Source: a virus
Strand: one strand, 5' to 3'
Length of the DNA stretch: 64,000 nt
IMG/VR virus record: IMGVR_UViG_3300037297_000195
Coordinates: 1-64,000 of that record
The notes beneath the pieces were generated by a model. That model had not been told where the DNA came from. It made no database searches and was given only the letters and a program-made list of their open reading frames with translations. The translations under genes were made by a program, and so were the position numbers. Positions 36,731 through 44,972 of this stretch are shown here, piece after piece (the first letter of the stretch is position 1; the number at the start of each line of letters is the position of its first letter).

Positions 36731-37333
36731 TTAAACCTCTTTTACTTTTGAGTATTTACCAATTTTGTTAACTTCAAATACTTTTCCAATTACTAAATAG
36801 GGGCTATGAGTAACCATGATAATTTGTAGTCCTAATTCCTGGCTCACTTTCTCGATAAATTTAGCTGCATTTTCATGCAAATCCTGGCTAAGAAAACGAA
36901 ACGGTTCATCGAATATCAATACATTCCTTGCTCCGCTCAAACTCCATATGGCCACTCTCAGGGCAAATGTGACGATATCTACAATACCTCCCCCGACATC
37001 AAACGGCGTTATTCTTTCCCCGCTTTCTTTTTCAATTAACCAAAATTCAACCTCTGTTTTCCCCCGTTTCTCTATGAATTCAATCTTAAATTCATAGCGT
37101 TTTTCTTGGAAGATGGCTTCAATAGCCAAGGTTACGATATGGGATAATTTAATTTCAATTTCTTTTTGCGTTAATAAGGCCACCTTCTGAATGATAATTC
37201 TGGCCTTTTCGATTATTTCAATCTCTTTTTGTTGGGCGAATAGATCCGTTTTAAGGCCGGTCAATTTTGATTTGAGATAATTTTTCTGGCCTTGATATTC
37301 GTTAATTTTTTTTCTGAGCGCTGTTGATTTCAT
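36731..37333 (-). CDS. sbcC: SbcC/Rad50-type ATPase, C-terminal half (coiled coil + signature/Walker B/H-loop lobe)
   Basis: Heptad-rich N-terminus, then DVGGGIVDIVTFALRVA (signature-like), VLIFDEPFRFL (Walker B/D-loop) and IIMVTHSP (H-loop). It has no Walker A. Confidence 0.7.
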   Translation of the reverse strand: MKSTALRKKINEYQGQKNYLKSKLTGLKTDLFAQQKEIEIIEKARIIIQKVALLTQKEIEIKLSHIVTLAIEAIFQEKRYEFKIEFIEKRGKTEVEFWLIEKESGERITPFDVGGGIVDIVTFALRVAIWSLSGARNVLIFDEPFRFLSQDLHENAAKFIEKVSQELGLQIIMVTHSPYLVIGKVFEVNKIGKYSKVKEV

Positions 37334-37527
37334 TATCTATTATGAGTCGGGATAATGACTATTACATTTTCTTTTTCATGAGTTTCTATCCTAATCTCTC
37401 CATTGATATCCTCATAATAATCACACATATCATTATTGTAATGTGCAAATTGGATTTCCATTTCTGAGGTTTTGGTTCTTTTTGATACTCTATACAATGC
37501 TTCGATTAAATCTTTATTAGTTATCAT
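37333..37527 (-). CDS. hypothetical protein
   Basis: 64-aa ORF with a 1-nt TAATG overlap to the downstream gene. Confidence 0.4.
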   Translation of the reverse strand: MITNKDLIEALYRVSKRTKTSEMEIQFAHYNNDMCDYYEDINGEIRIETHEKENVIVIIPTHNR

Positions 37528-37539
37528 ATTTCAAACTCC

Positions 37540-37803
37540 TTAAAGTATTTTTAACCATATATTCCCAAATTGTTCGACATAAATAATGTAATGATCGGTA
37601 ATATTTACAAAAGTCATATTCTCAGGATCATAAACAAAATCATCACCTGCAATTCCTATTTTAGGATAATTGCCGTTTAGTCTTGAATATTTTAACAGAA
37701 TGGACAATTGATCAACTAACGATTGGAGGTTTATAGTTTTCCCTTGATAGTTTTTATATTCATTCTTGGGCTTTGGTTTGGGCTTTGAACCAAAAATATT
37801 CAT
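37540..37803 (-). CDS. hypothetical protein
   Basis: 87-aa ORF with an ATGA overlap to the upstream ORF. Confidence 0.45.
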   Translation of the reverse strand: MNIFGSKPKPKPKNEYKNYQGKTINLQSLVDQLSILLKYSRLNGNYPKIGIAGDDFVYDPENMTFVNITDHYIIYVEQFGNIWLKIL

Positions 37804-38045
37804 ATATCAAACTCCTCTTCAATCTCCCCGATTATTTTGTTAATTTCTTTCTCTTCTTTTTCTACCTCTTTTGTTAATTTGTCTATTTCCTTTTCAATAC
37901 CTTTTTTGGTTTTAAGGCCAAGGTCTTTAAGCTGTTTCCAGACGCTTTCCTCCCGGCCTTTTGCTCTTTGCAATTCGCCTTCGCGTTTTTGGTTTTCATT
38001 TCTGATTCGCTCAATCTGTTTTTCAAGGCTCATTTTCTTCTCCAT
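37800..38045 (-). CDS. coiled-coil protein
   Basis: 81 aa, almost entirely Glu/Lys heptads. Confidence 0.45.
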   Translation of the reverse strand: MEKKMSLEKQIERIRNENQKREGELQRAKGREESVWKQLKDLGLKTKKGIEKEIDKLTKEVEKEEKEINKIIGEIEEEFDI

Positions 38046-38156
38046 TCATTACAATTATAGCATCTTGCCCAAAGGCCAGTTTTTCCCCATTTACGCCTCA
38101 CTTTAACAACTGATGGCCAGCAGGGGCGACCTTTTTCCTTTGGACAATCAAATTGT

Positions 38157-38405
38157 TTATTGGCCACTTTCTCTATCCATTAAATATTTTCCCATATCGC
38201 TAAAGGATCTGGTGTCAATTTGTGGGTCTTCAGTATTTTCTATTTCTCTCATTAATGTGAAAATATATTGGTAACTAATTGAAGATAATATTTTTAATTG
38301 GACATCGACTATTTTAAAGCCGTATTCTCCATAGCGATTTAATTCTTTCTCTCTTTCTTCGGAGGAACTATTCGAAGACAAGTAAATTTTATATTCATAT
38401 TTCAT
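38157..38405 (-). CDS. hypothetical protein
   Basis: 82-aa ORF with an ATGA overlap. Confidence 0.45.
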   Translation of the reverse strand: MKYEYKIYLSSNSSSEEREKELNRYGEYGFKIVDVQLKILSSISYQYIFTLMREIENTEDPQIDTRSFSDMGKYLMDRESGQ

Positions 38406-38635
38406 TCTTTACCCCTTTCCATAATAATATGTTCGAAAATATCGTCTTTCATATTCTCCAATTCTCTGATTTTGGAAGAGACAGCCCGATAGGCTTTATT
38501 TAGGGCTTCGAGTTTTGTATCATAGAAGTCTTGAACATTGCTAAAATGATGAGATTGATCGCTTTCTACAACACAGATAGCATTCCCTACTTTATTATCT
38601 CCCCAACAAACAGCATATTTTTTAATATCACTCAT
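38402..38635 (-). CDS. hypothetical protein
   Basis: 77-aa ORF with ATGA overlaps on both sides. Confidence 0.45.
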   Translation of the reverse strand: MSDIKKYAVCWGDNKVGNAICVVESDQSHHFSNVQDFYDTKLEALNKAYRAVSSKIRELENMKDDIFEHIIMERGKE

Positions 38636-39513
38636 TTCATTTTCTCCATTATTTTTTGTTTTACTTCATCTTCAATTTCATTATTGCCGAAATATTTTTC
38701 CATGTTTTTCTTAAATGAAATGCTCCCTCCTTCTTGGCCTTTAACCTTATTGATATAAGCTTGAACCTGGATATCATTAAATTCCTTTGCCCGCCTTTCC
38801 CTTTCCTGTTTTTCTTCTATATGTTTCCTGCTAACAACCTCTTCCTCAATCGGGAGAAAAACAGGTTCAACCGAGTTTGATTTGGCGTCATACAAATACA
38901 CTCTTGGCTTGTGATCGATTTGGGCGGCTGTCATTCTCATCATGGAGCCTGGATTAACCAATATCCGGCCTTTATATTCAGCGACAAATGGGAGGTGATT
39001 ATCACCAGAAACGATACAATCATATTCAGGATTTTTCTTAAGTATTTGGATACCGGTATTGGCTACTTGGCCAGGCCATAGCGGCTTATCTTCAATAATC
39101 ATTTGATGGGTGACGCCGATTTTCCTGTCTTTAATTCGATAACTTTCTATCGATTCAAATGGAGTTATTTTTCCTGATGGAGAATCAATAATTCCAGCAT
39201 TAAATAACACGCCAAAAGCAGTTGAGTTAATATCTTTTTCTTCTCTTCCTGATAAATCATGTTGTCCTGGAACGGCCATAACAATTAGGTTAAAATGCCT
39301 AATGGTATTATTAATTAATACATTTAATAGAGCATTACTCCATTTTGGCCTGTGTCCTAAATCACCAGCAATAATTAAAGGGCAATGTTTTTCATCTATT
39401 AAATCAAAAATAAAATCAATCTTTCTTTTTTGCGCTTTCCAATAATCATCAGTTCGGCATAATGGAGTATCGTCTCTTAAATGAAGATCAGCGCAGAATA
39501 TTGCATCAGTCAT
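38632..39513 (-). CDS. sbcD: SbcD/Mre11-type metallophosphoesterase nuclease
   Basis: FCADLHL (D.H), IIAGDLGH (GD.H), PGQHD (GNHD-like), VSGDNH, and GS..R. ATG 39513 after GAGAGGAAA is preferred over the track start 39537. Confidence 0.8.
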   Translation of the reverse strand: MTDAIFCADLHLRDDTPLCRTDDYWKAQKRKIDFIFDLIDEKHCPLIIAGDLGHRPKWSNALLNVLINNTIRHFNLIVMAVPGQHDLSGREEKDINSTAFGVLFNAGIIDSPSGKITPFESIESYRIKDRKIGVTHQMIIEDKPLWPGQVANTGIQILKKNPEYDCIVSGDNHLPFVAEYKGRILVNPGSMMRMTAAQIDHKPRVYLYDAKSNSVEPVFLPIEEEVVSRKHIEEKQERERRAKEFNDIQVQAYINKVKGQEGGSISFKKNMEKYFGNNEIEDEVKQKIMEKMK

Positions 39514-39685
39514 AAAATTTCCTCTCATTTTCTGCATCTTCTATTTGCTCCTGAAGATTCCTTATGTCTTCTTCTAACATTGTTATTTCTTCCTTAAGCT
39601 CTTTATTTTCTTTATCAAGTCGTTCATTTTCCCTATGGAGTTCATTTATATAGCTATTATGGACGGAGATTATTTTGTCAGCCAT
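39506..39685 (-). CDS. 59-aa coiled-coil protein
   Basis: TAATG overlap upstream and an 8-nt overlap with the sbcD start. Sequence MADKIISVHNSYINELHRENERLDKENKELKEEITMLEEDIRNLQEQIEDAENERKFYD. Confidence 0.4.
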   Translation of the reverse strand: MADKIISVHNSYINELHRENERLDKENKELKEEITMLEEDIRNLQEQIEDAENERKFYD

Positions 39686-40110
39686 TATTTAATTCTCCTA
39701 AATATTCTATATTTATATTTTAATTTATATATGATTTTCTGCGTTAAACTTATTTTGGGCTTAGGCTCTTCAACCACATTAAGATAATTATACATTTGTT
39801 CTTTGCTGAAAATTTTTATTTTTTTTCTAAATATGTTATTCAATCCAAATTCAGTATGCAGCCTCCAAAATTCCCCATTATGAATACGCACACATTCATC
39901 AAATTCTACAGTTTTTTTATTAGGACATATGATTTTTCCTTTGTAGTAATTATAATCAATTTCACTTATTTTATCAAGTGCTTCAAATGGCAACGCTGGA
40001 TCAAATAAATAACCAAATTCATTGCAATGGTTGCATAATCCTTTATGCCTGTCTTGACAATAATTATCGAAATCAAAATTATCATTTCGTATATCATTAT
40101 TAAACATCAT
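39685..40110 (-). CDS. Cys-containing hypothetical protein
   Basis: 141 aa, with CNHCN and CPNK...C clusters. Confidence 0.45.
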   Translation of the reverse strand: MMFNNDIRNDNFDFDNYCQDRHKGLCNHCNEFGYLFDPALPFEALDKISEIDYNYYKGKIICPNKKTVEFDECVRIHNGEFWRLHTEFGLNNIFRKKIKIFSKEQMYNYLNVVEEPKPKISLTQKIIYKLKYKYRIFRRIK

Positions 40111-40376
40111 TTAGCCCTTTTCAATTTCCCAGCCATATAAAGCCGAATTAATTCTTTAACAGTGATTCCCATTTTTTTCTCTTGGGCGCGGATATCATTT
40201 GAAATTGCTGTTGCCCCATCTTTATAGCCTACTTTATTACCTTCTTTCCATCCCATTTCATTCCCATCACGCCATGCTCTTAAACAGGAGGCGCACATAT
40301 TTTTTCCTTGGTATTCGGATAATTTTGCCAATATCCCCCTTTTGTCACAGAATTGACAAGTATCTTCTTCCATCAA
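40107..40376 (-). CDS. zinc-ribbon protein
   Basis: CQFC...CASC pattern and ATGA overlaps. Confidence 0.45.
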   Translation of the reverse strand: MMEEDTCQFCDKRGILAKLSEYQGKNMCASCLRAWRDGNEMGWKEGNKVGYKDGATAISNDIRAQEKKMGITVKELIRLYMAGKLKRAK

Positions 40377-40579
40377 TTCCTCCCCATTCTCATTGAATTA
40401 ACAATTGATTTAAGGTGGTTGATTTCCATTTGTTGGGTATTAAATACATTTTTTAACTGAGTTATTTTTTCATTTTGATATCGAATCATTTTCTTATTGT
40501 TCAAAATTTCAAGAGATAGTCTTTCAAGTAAATCATGGATATTGTCAAATTTTTCTTCTAATATATCTACATTTTCCAT
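40373..40579 (-). CDS. 68-aa coiled-coil protein
   Basis: ATG 40579 lies 7 nt after GGAGG. It overlaps the last 13 nt of the ATPase N-half in the -1 frame. Confidence 0.45.
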   Translation of the reverse strand: MENVDILEEKFDNIHDLLERLSLEILNNKKMIRYQNEKITQLKNVFNTQQMEINHLKSIVNSMRMGRN

Positions 40580-41625
40580 TCTTTCACCTCCTGCCCACAC
40601 ACCGGGCATTCATTCGGTTTAATTGCTTGCCATTCTTTATTTATTTCTATTAATGCTCTTTCATGTTCTTTTACTGACATTTCAATCGTTATCAATTCAT
40701 CAAACAGGGCTTCAATTCCCCCCAGCTTGTTTTCTTTATCTTGTAGAGCTTTAACCTTTGCTTCCAACTCATTAACCCTATCAATCGGTATTAATTTAAT
40801 TTCAGATATATCGGATTCAATTTTATTCAGCTCTTTAAACAAGGATTCAAGTTGTGTTAACTTGGAAATTTTTATATTTAGGCTATCCTGTCTCTCTTCT
40901 AAATCATTCAAAATATTTTGAGGTATTAATTTAATCCCGGAAATAACCGATTCAATTTCTTCCAATTCATCCAGATAGTTTTCAAGATCGGATATGGTTT
41001 CTTTCTTCTTTTCCAATTCGATTTCAAAGCCCTCTAAATGCCTCACCATGGCGTCTGCTTTGTCAACCCATGCCAAGGCATCAAATTCCGATTTGGACTC
41101 GTTATAGGCCGTTTCTATGGCCTTAAACTTCTTCCCGGCTTCCCTTTCATCCTGTCTGATTGCTTGGACGGTTTCATCGATTATTTCCATCCTAATAATT
41201 GTATTAAGCGCCTTTGCGGCATCTCCACCAGACATTGACAAAAGAAAAGGCGCATCATGTTGGAACTGAAAATTAAGCCAGGGGATTATGTTAACTATTC
41301 TCTGTATTTCATCGGGGGGGTCAGTCCCAAATTTTTCATATTCAAGGCCATCATTTGTTTTATAAATATTGGTGTTTTTCCCTCTGATTCTGGTAATTTT
41401 TTTATCATTGTCGAATGTGACTGAAATATTGGCCTTTTTCTTTTTATCAAATATAGGAAGAAAAGCGGTCCCGGTAGGTTTGTTTAATAGGTTTAATTTT
41501 AGAGTGCGAACGATTCCGCTTTTACAGGCATCCGTCTGGCCGATAATGCAATTAACTCCCGGATCAAATTTGAGATTTGCTAATCGCAAAGCTTGAAAAT
41601 TCATGATTTGTAATTGATTAATCAT
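40567..41625 (-). CDS. sbcC: SbcC/Rad50-type ATPase, N-terminal half (P-loop + coiled coil ending at CxxC zinc hook)
   Basis: MINQLQIMNFQALR...NCIIGQTDACKSG (deviant Walker A), about 250 aa of heptads, and a C-terminus ...NECPVCGQEVKEWKM. Confidence 0.7.
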   Translation of the reverse strand: MINQLQIMNFQALRLANLKFDPGVNCIIGQTDACKSGIVRTLKLNLLNKPTGTAFLPIFDKKKKANISVTFDNDKKITRIRGKNTNIYKTNDGLEYEKFGTDPPDEIQRIVNIIPWLNFQFQHDAPFLLSMSGGDAAKALNTIIRMEIIDETVQAIRQDEREAGKKFKAIETAYNESKSEFDALAWVDKADAMVRHLEGFEIELEKKKETISDLENYLDELEEIESVISGIKLIPQNILNDLEERQDSLNIKISKLTQLESLFKELNKIESDISEIKLIPIDRVNELEAKVKALQDKENKLGGIEALFDELITIEMSVKEHERALIEINKEWQAIKPNECPVCGQEVKEWKM

Positions 41626-41634
41626 ATAATACCT

Positions 41635-41937
41635 CTATAGAAGAAGATCGTTAGCGAGTTTATAGAATTGATCGGTTTGATCTTCAATTTTTCTCCTTAT
41701 GTTTCTAATTACCAAATATAGAGCAACATTAAAATAAATAGCCGTTAAATTTAAACCAGTTAAAATAAAAAAGTATAAATCTTCCCATTCAAAAGATTCA
41801 CTGTCTCGGGCGGTATATATATAGATGATCGTTATTAAAACGGTTAGGAAGAAGATTGCCGCCACTCTGCGATCTTGAGTCAACCATACTATCATGGCAA
41901 TAAAAAATGTTATTCCAAATAAAACTAAAACGGCCAT
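41635..41937 (-). CDS. membrane protein (3 predicted TM helices)
   Basis: Hydrophobic segments VLVLFGITFFIAMIVWL, AAIFFLTVLITIIYIY and FFILTGLNLTAIYFNVALYLVI. Confidence 0.5.
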   Translation of the reverse strand: MAVLVLFGITFFIAMIVWLTQDRRVAAIFFLTVLITIIYIYTARDSESFEWEDLYFFILTGLNLTAIYFNVALYLVIRNIRRKIEDQTDQFYKLANDLLL

Positions 41938-42098
41938 TAAATTCTTCCCTCTTTTAATATTCTGCTCTTATTCTCCATATAAAAATTAAGGCCTTTTTCA
42001 AATTGTTCATATTTTGATTGCAGTCTGGAATTTATTAGCAATAATACAGATAATGCAATGCAAAAAATAAAAAATGTAAAGATTAATATTATAGACAT
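41937..42098 (-). CDS. 53-aa membrane mini-protein
   Basis: MSIILIFTFFIFCIALSVLLLI... The stop is in a TAATG overlap with the next ATG. Codons checked by hand. Confidence 0.4.
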   Translation of the reverse strand: MSIILIFTFFIFCIALSVLLLINSRLQSKYEQFEKGLNFYMENKSRILKEGRI

Positions 42099-42319
42099 AC
42101 ACTCTTCCAAAGCAGATTTCTATTGTGACATTTAACGGCCAATTTAATGCAGGTTGGCAATGAGGCATAGTCTTCTTTGTTTTCGTTCAAAGTTTTAAAT
42201 AGATGAACAGAGGTGTCTTTGATTCTTTTTTTTGCTTCATCTTCAATCGGCATATGATTAACAAAATTACAAAAAAATTCTGTTTGGTCCATTTCGTTCT
42301 TTAGCTCTGGAGAAATCAT
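42089..42319 (-). CDS. hypothetical protein
   Basis: 76-aa ORF, tightly packed with its neighbours. Confidence 0.45.
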   Translation of the reverse strand: MISPELKNEMDQTEFFCNFVNHMPIEDEAKKRIKDTSVHLFKTLNENKEDYASLPTCIKLAVKCHNRNLLWKSVCL

Positions 42320-42320
42320 T

Positions 42321-42458
42321 TTATCCTCCTAAAATTTCTTTTCCTAATTCCTTAATTATCCCGCCTAACATCATTATTCCTATTGCCCCTAATAAGCCGA
42401 CAATAATGCCGATAATTATTGCTACTCCTTCCCAAACTTTTATTAATATCCATTTCAA
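42321..42458 (-). CDS. 45-aa membrane mini-protein (TTG start)
   Basis: TTGA overlap with the upstream stop. Sequence ...VWEGVAIIIGIIVGLLGAIGIMMLGGII... Confidence 0.3.
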   Translation of the reverse strand: MKWILIKVWEGVAIIIGIIVGLLGAIGIMMLGGIIKELGKEILGG

Positions 42459-42676
42459 TTTTTCCCCCTATTTATCATTAAAATGGCACTGATTGAGCTG
42501 AAAATAATGCAAAATAACCAAGTCGGAGTAAATACCCATTCCCATGATAAATCTACCGCGTTCATTAATTTCAAAAATAACAATAAACATTGAGATAAAA
42601 ACCAACAAAAGGCAATGCTACCCTGGGCCTCTCTTTCTCTCTTCAATTCATCCATTTTTTCTTTACTCATTTTCAT
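42455..42676 (-). CDS. membrane protein (2 TM helices)
   Basis: Hydrophobic segments IAFCWFLSQCLLLFLKLM and WLFCIIFSSISAILMI. Confidence 0.5.
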   Translation of the reverse strand: MKMSKEKMDELKREREAQGSIAFCWFLSQCLLLFLKLMNAVDLSWEWVFTPTWLFCIIFSSISAILMINRGKN

Positions 42677-42872
42677 TAATCCTTACCGCTGTTAAAACGA
42701 ATTCATTAAATAAATTACAATGTAATACATTGTCAACTTTCGGCTTAAATATTAATTTATATTCGCCTGGTGGAAGGCCAAGCCAATTTTCATCCCCTTC
42801 ATCGATTCTTAGCCTATATTTTGGGCCGAGATGGACCGGGAACATTGGATCGGGTGTGATTTTTCTATCCAT
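42663..42872 (-). CDS. hypothetical protein
   Basis: First ORF after promoter-motif copy 1. GGAGG RBS. Confidence 0.45.
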   Translation of the reverse strand: MDRKITPDPMFPVHLGPKYRLRIDEGDENWLGLPPGEYKLIFKPKVDNVLHCNLFNEFVLTAVRINENE

Positions 42873-42887
42873 ATATTTTTCCTCCTT

Positions 42888-42918
42888 CCTATTATATCCA
42901 AAAATCCTAAAATTCTGC
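42888..42918 (-). promoter_or_regulatory. conserved promoter-like 31-mer, copy 1
   Basis: Minus strand GCAGAATTTTAGGATTTTTGGATATAATAGG, with TATAAT at 42891-42896. Intergenic, heading the membrane-protein operon. Confidence 0.55.
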
Positions 42919-42926
42919 TAAATAAA

Positions 42927-43301
42927 TTAAACTATCTTTTCCATAATATCGAAAAATACATTGGCATCCAGCATAACTACTGGATTTTTAAATTCTTTTG
43001 TTTTCATGAATACCAACCAATTTTTTTCTTTTGGGGTATTGGCCCTGGCTTGCCTGATAGCGGCTTGCCAGCCTATAGCTTGGCCGGATTTACACTCTAT
43101 AGCAAAGGGAAACCGTTCTGCCGCTTCTCCCCGGAGAATTACATCAACCCCGTTCATCCCCATTTGACGGGGTTCAATTAATGAATCATCCTCCCTCCCC
43201 CAAGGGATATTCAGGATATCCGAAATTTTAGCTGCAACCCAGTCTTGGAGCCAACGGCCTTTAGCTTTTGCAGATGATGCTGTTATTCGTTTTTTGGCCA
43301 T
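42927..43301 (-). CDS. PD-(D/E)XK nuclease, Holliday-junction-resolvase (Hjc)-like
   Basis: KGRWLQDWVAAKI...NGVDVIL...FAIECKSG gives the D...ExK catalytic pattern, in an Hjc-like order and size (124 aa). Confidence 0.5.
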   Translation of the reverse strand: MAKKRITASSAKAKGRWLQDWVAAKISDILNIPWGREDDSLIEPRQMGMNGVDVILRGEAAERFPFAIECKSGQAIGWQAAIRQARANTPKEKNWLVFMKTKEFKNPVVMLDANVFFDIMEKIV

Positions 43302-43586
43302 TTAATATCCAGCCTCAATGAATTGGATTATTTGATCTATTTTTTCGATATTGTTTAAAATTGCTTCTCTACAGACTTCTCCATCATCGGCCCATCCATC
43401 AATTTTATTAAGGATGTCTTTCAAAACATTAAACATATTTGGGGCTTGAGAGATAAGCCTTGCATTGTCCATTGATCTATTATCATCTGCCAAATCATCA
43501 AATATAAAACAAATTCCCTTCTCATTGCTTTGATCCATAATAATTCTTGAATTTTCATTTATAATCCATGGCTCTGGAGTAAACAT
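43302..43586 (-). CDS. hypothetical protein
   Basis: 94-aa acidic ORF abutting its neighbours. Confidence 0.45.
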   Translation of the reverse strand: MFTPEPWIINENSRIIMDQSNEKGICFIFDDLADDNRSMDNARLISQAPNMFNVLKDILNKIDGWADDGEVCREAILNNIEKIDQIIQFIEAGY

Positions 43587-43588
43587 AA

Positions 43589-44734
43589 TTAAAACCTCTT
43601 TTTTCTATTCGGAACAAAAGCGTTTTCAACTTCGTTCCAAACTTTAATCATTTCTTGTTTAAGTTCGTCTTCCAAGTTGTTTTGTTCAACTAATTCGATA
43701 TATTCAGATAATGGCTTTTCATAATCATCAACCATTTTGATCAAATCTTCTTTAGTTAATTTTTTATCAATTTTTTGTTTAATCCCACTTTCCCGAATAT
43801 AATCTTTTAAATCATCAATTTCCATCGATTCAAGATCCGGTCTTTCTTCCCCAAAAATATCCGGGTATTTACCGGTATATTGCTTAATATATTCGAGATT
43901 GTCTCTGATATCATCGATTCCATATCGATGAATTAATGTAATTGAAGCCTCTCTATAATCAATATCAACGCTTGATTTTTCAACTACAATATTAATTTTT
44001 TTGCCGATTATTCGTTTTGTTTTTGATCCGCTAATTGTGATTGTTTTCCTAATTTTCTCAACCGATTTTATTTTAAGCCTAATACTAAATTGGTGTAAAG
44101 CCTGTCTGGAAGCGCCCGCCGCTCTGGTCTTTTCTTCAAACGGCATGGCATTAATTTTGTCACGAATTTGATTAGAGCAAACAACAATGATATTTTGATC
44201 TTTAATTTCCTTAGCCGTCCATCTAATTTCTTCTGTAAAAACTGCCGCTCTTCTTGCGCCTGAATACCCACCTTCGGCATCAGGCTCGTCTAAATTTGCT
44301 AATGAATCAATAAAAAATCCCCTAATTGGAGCTTTTGATTTGCTTTCTTGAACATGTTTAAATGTTTCCCTAATTCCATTATTGGTGAATGAATTTTTAT
44401 CATCTAAATGAGCGCCAAACATGGCGGCAAAATCTCTATCAAGCCGTCCTTCGGTATCGTTATAATCAATATCTCCATTTTGTTTTTGGATATTACCGGC
44501 GATTTGAGCCATTAAAACAGTTTTGCCAGATCCTTCACCACCATAAATTTCCATTATTATTCCAAGGGGTATTCCCCCTTCATGATTAACGCCGCCAGAA
44601 ATAGCCAAATCTAAAGCAGTTGAACCTGTGCTGATATATATTTTCTTTGGCTCTTCCTTTTTCTCTTTAGGTTTAACAGAATCTTTAACTTGTTCTGATA
44701 ACGGTTTTTTATTTCTCTTCATTAACCCACCCAT
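43589..44734 (-). CDS. recA: RecA-family recombinase
   Basis: ISTGSTALDLAISGG...GIPLGIIMEIYGGEGSGKTVLMAQIAG parallels RecA ISTGSLSLDIALG.GGLP.GRIVEIYGPESSGKTTL. Walker B-like FFIDSLANL. Confidence 0.8.
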   Translation of the reverse strand: MGGLMKRNKKPLSEQVKDSVKPKEKKEEPKKIYISTGSTALDLAISGGVNHEGGIPLGIIMEIYGGEGSGKTVLMAQIAGNIQKQNGDIDYNDTEGRLDRDFAAMFGAHLDDKNSFTNNGIRETFKHVQESKSKAPIRGFFIDSLANLDEPDAEGGYSGARRAAVFTEEIRWTAKEIKDQNIIVVCSNQIRDKINAMPFEEKTRAAGASRQALHQFSIRLKIKSVEKIRKTITISGSKTKRIIGKKINIVVEKSSVDIDYREASITLIHRYGIDDIRDNLEYIKQYTGKYPDIFGEERPDLESMEIDDLKDYIRESGIKQKIDKKLTKEDLIKMVDDYEKPLSEYIELVEQNNLEDELKQEMIKVWNEVENAFVPNRKKRF

Positions 44735-44972
44735 TCATTATTTCCAAACAACGTGTATTCCCATCTTTAAGCGCTCTCAAAGTAATGATAAATTTCTCCC
44801 TATTTATAATGTAGGGGGAGGTTATCCCCCTCCCCGTCATTTTTTTGCCAATACCGTATTTCTTTGCCCATCGGCAAACTGTTTGTCTGGGCAAAATATA
44901 CCCCTCATTCCTTGCTATTTTGATGGCATCAGAAGTTGAGATATAGGTATTGTTTAGTTTAAATTCAATCAT
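44709..44972 (-). CDS. small DNA-binding (HTH) protein candidate
   Basis: 87 aa. ISTSDAIKIARNEGYILPRQTVCRWAKKYGIG resembles a helix-turn-helix. Confidence 0.4.
   Translation of the reverse strand: MIEFKLNNTYISTSDAIKIARNEGYILPRQTVCRWAKKYGIGKKMTGRGITSPYIINREKFIITLRALKDGNTRCLEIMNGWVNEEK

Noticed and set aside
38046-38156. TATAAT hexamer 8 nt upstream of ATG 38045, in the only sizeable gap of the SbcD region
   Set aside because: There is no -35 element or extended -10, and it does not share the conserved 31-mer. This is insufficient to call a promoter.
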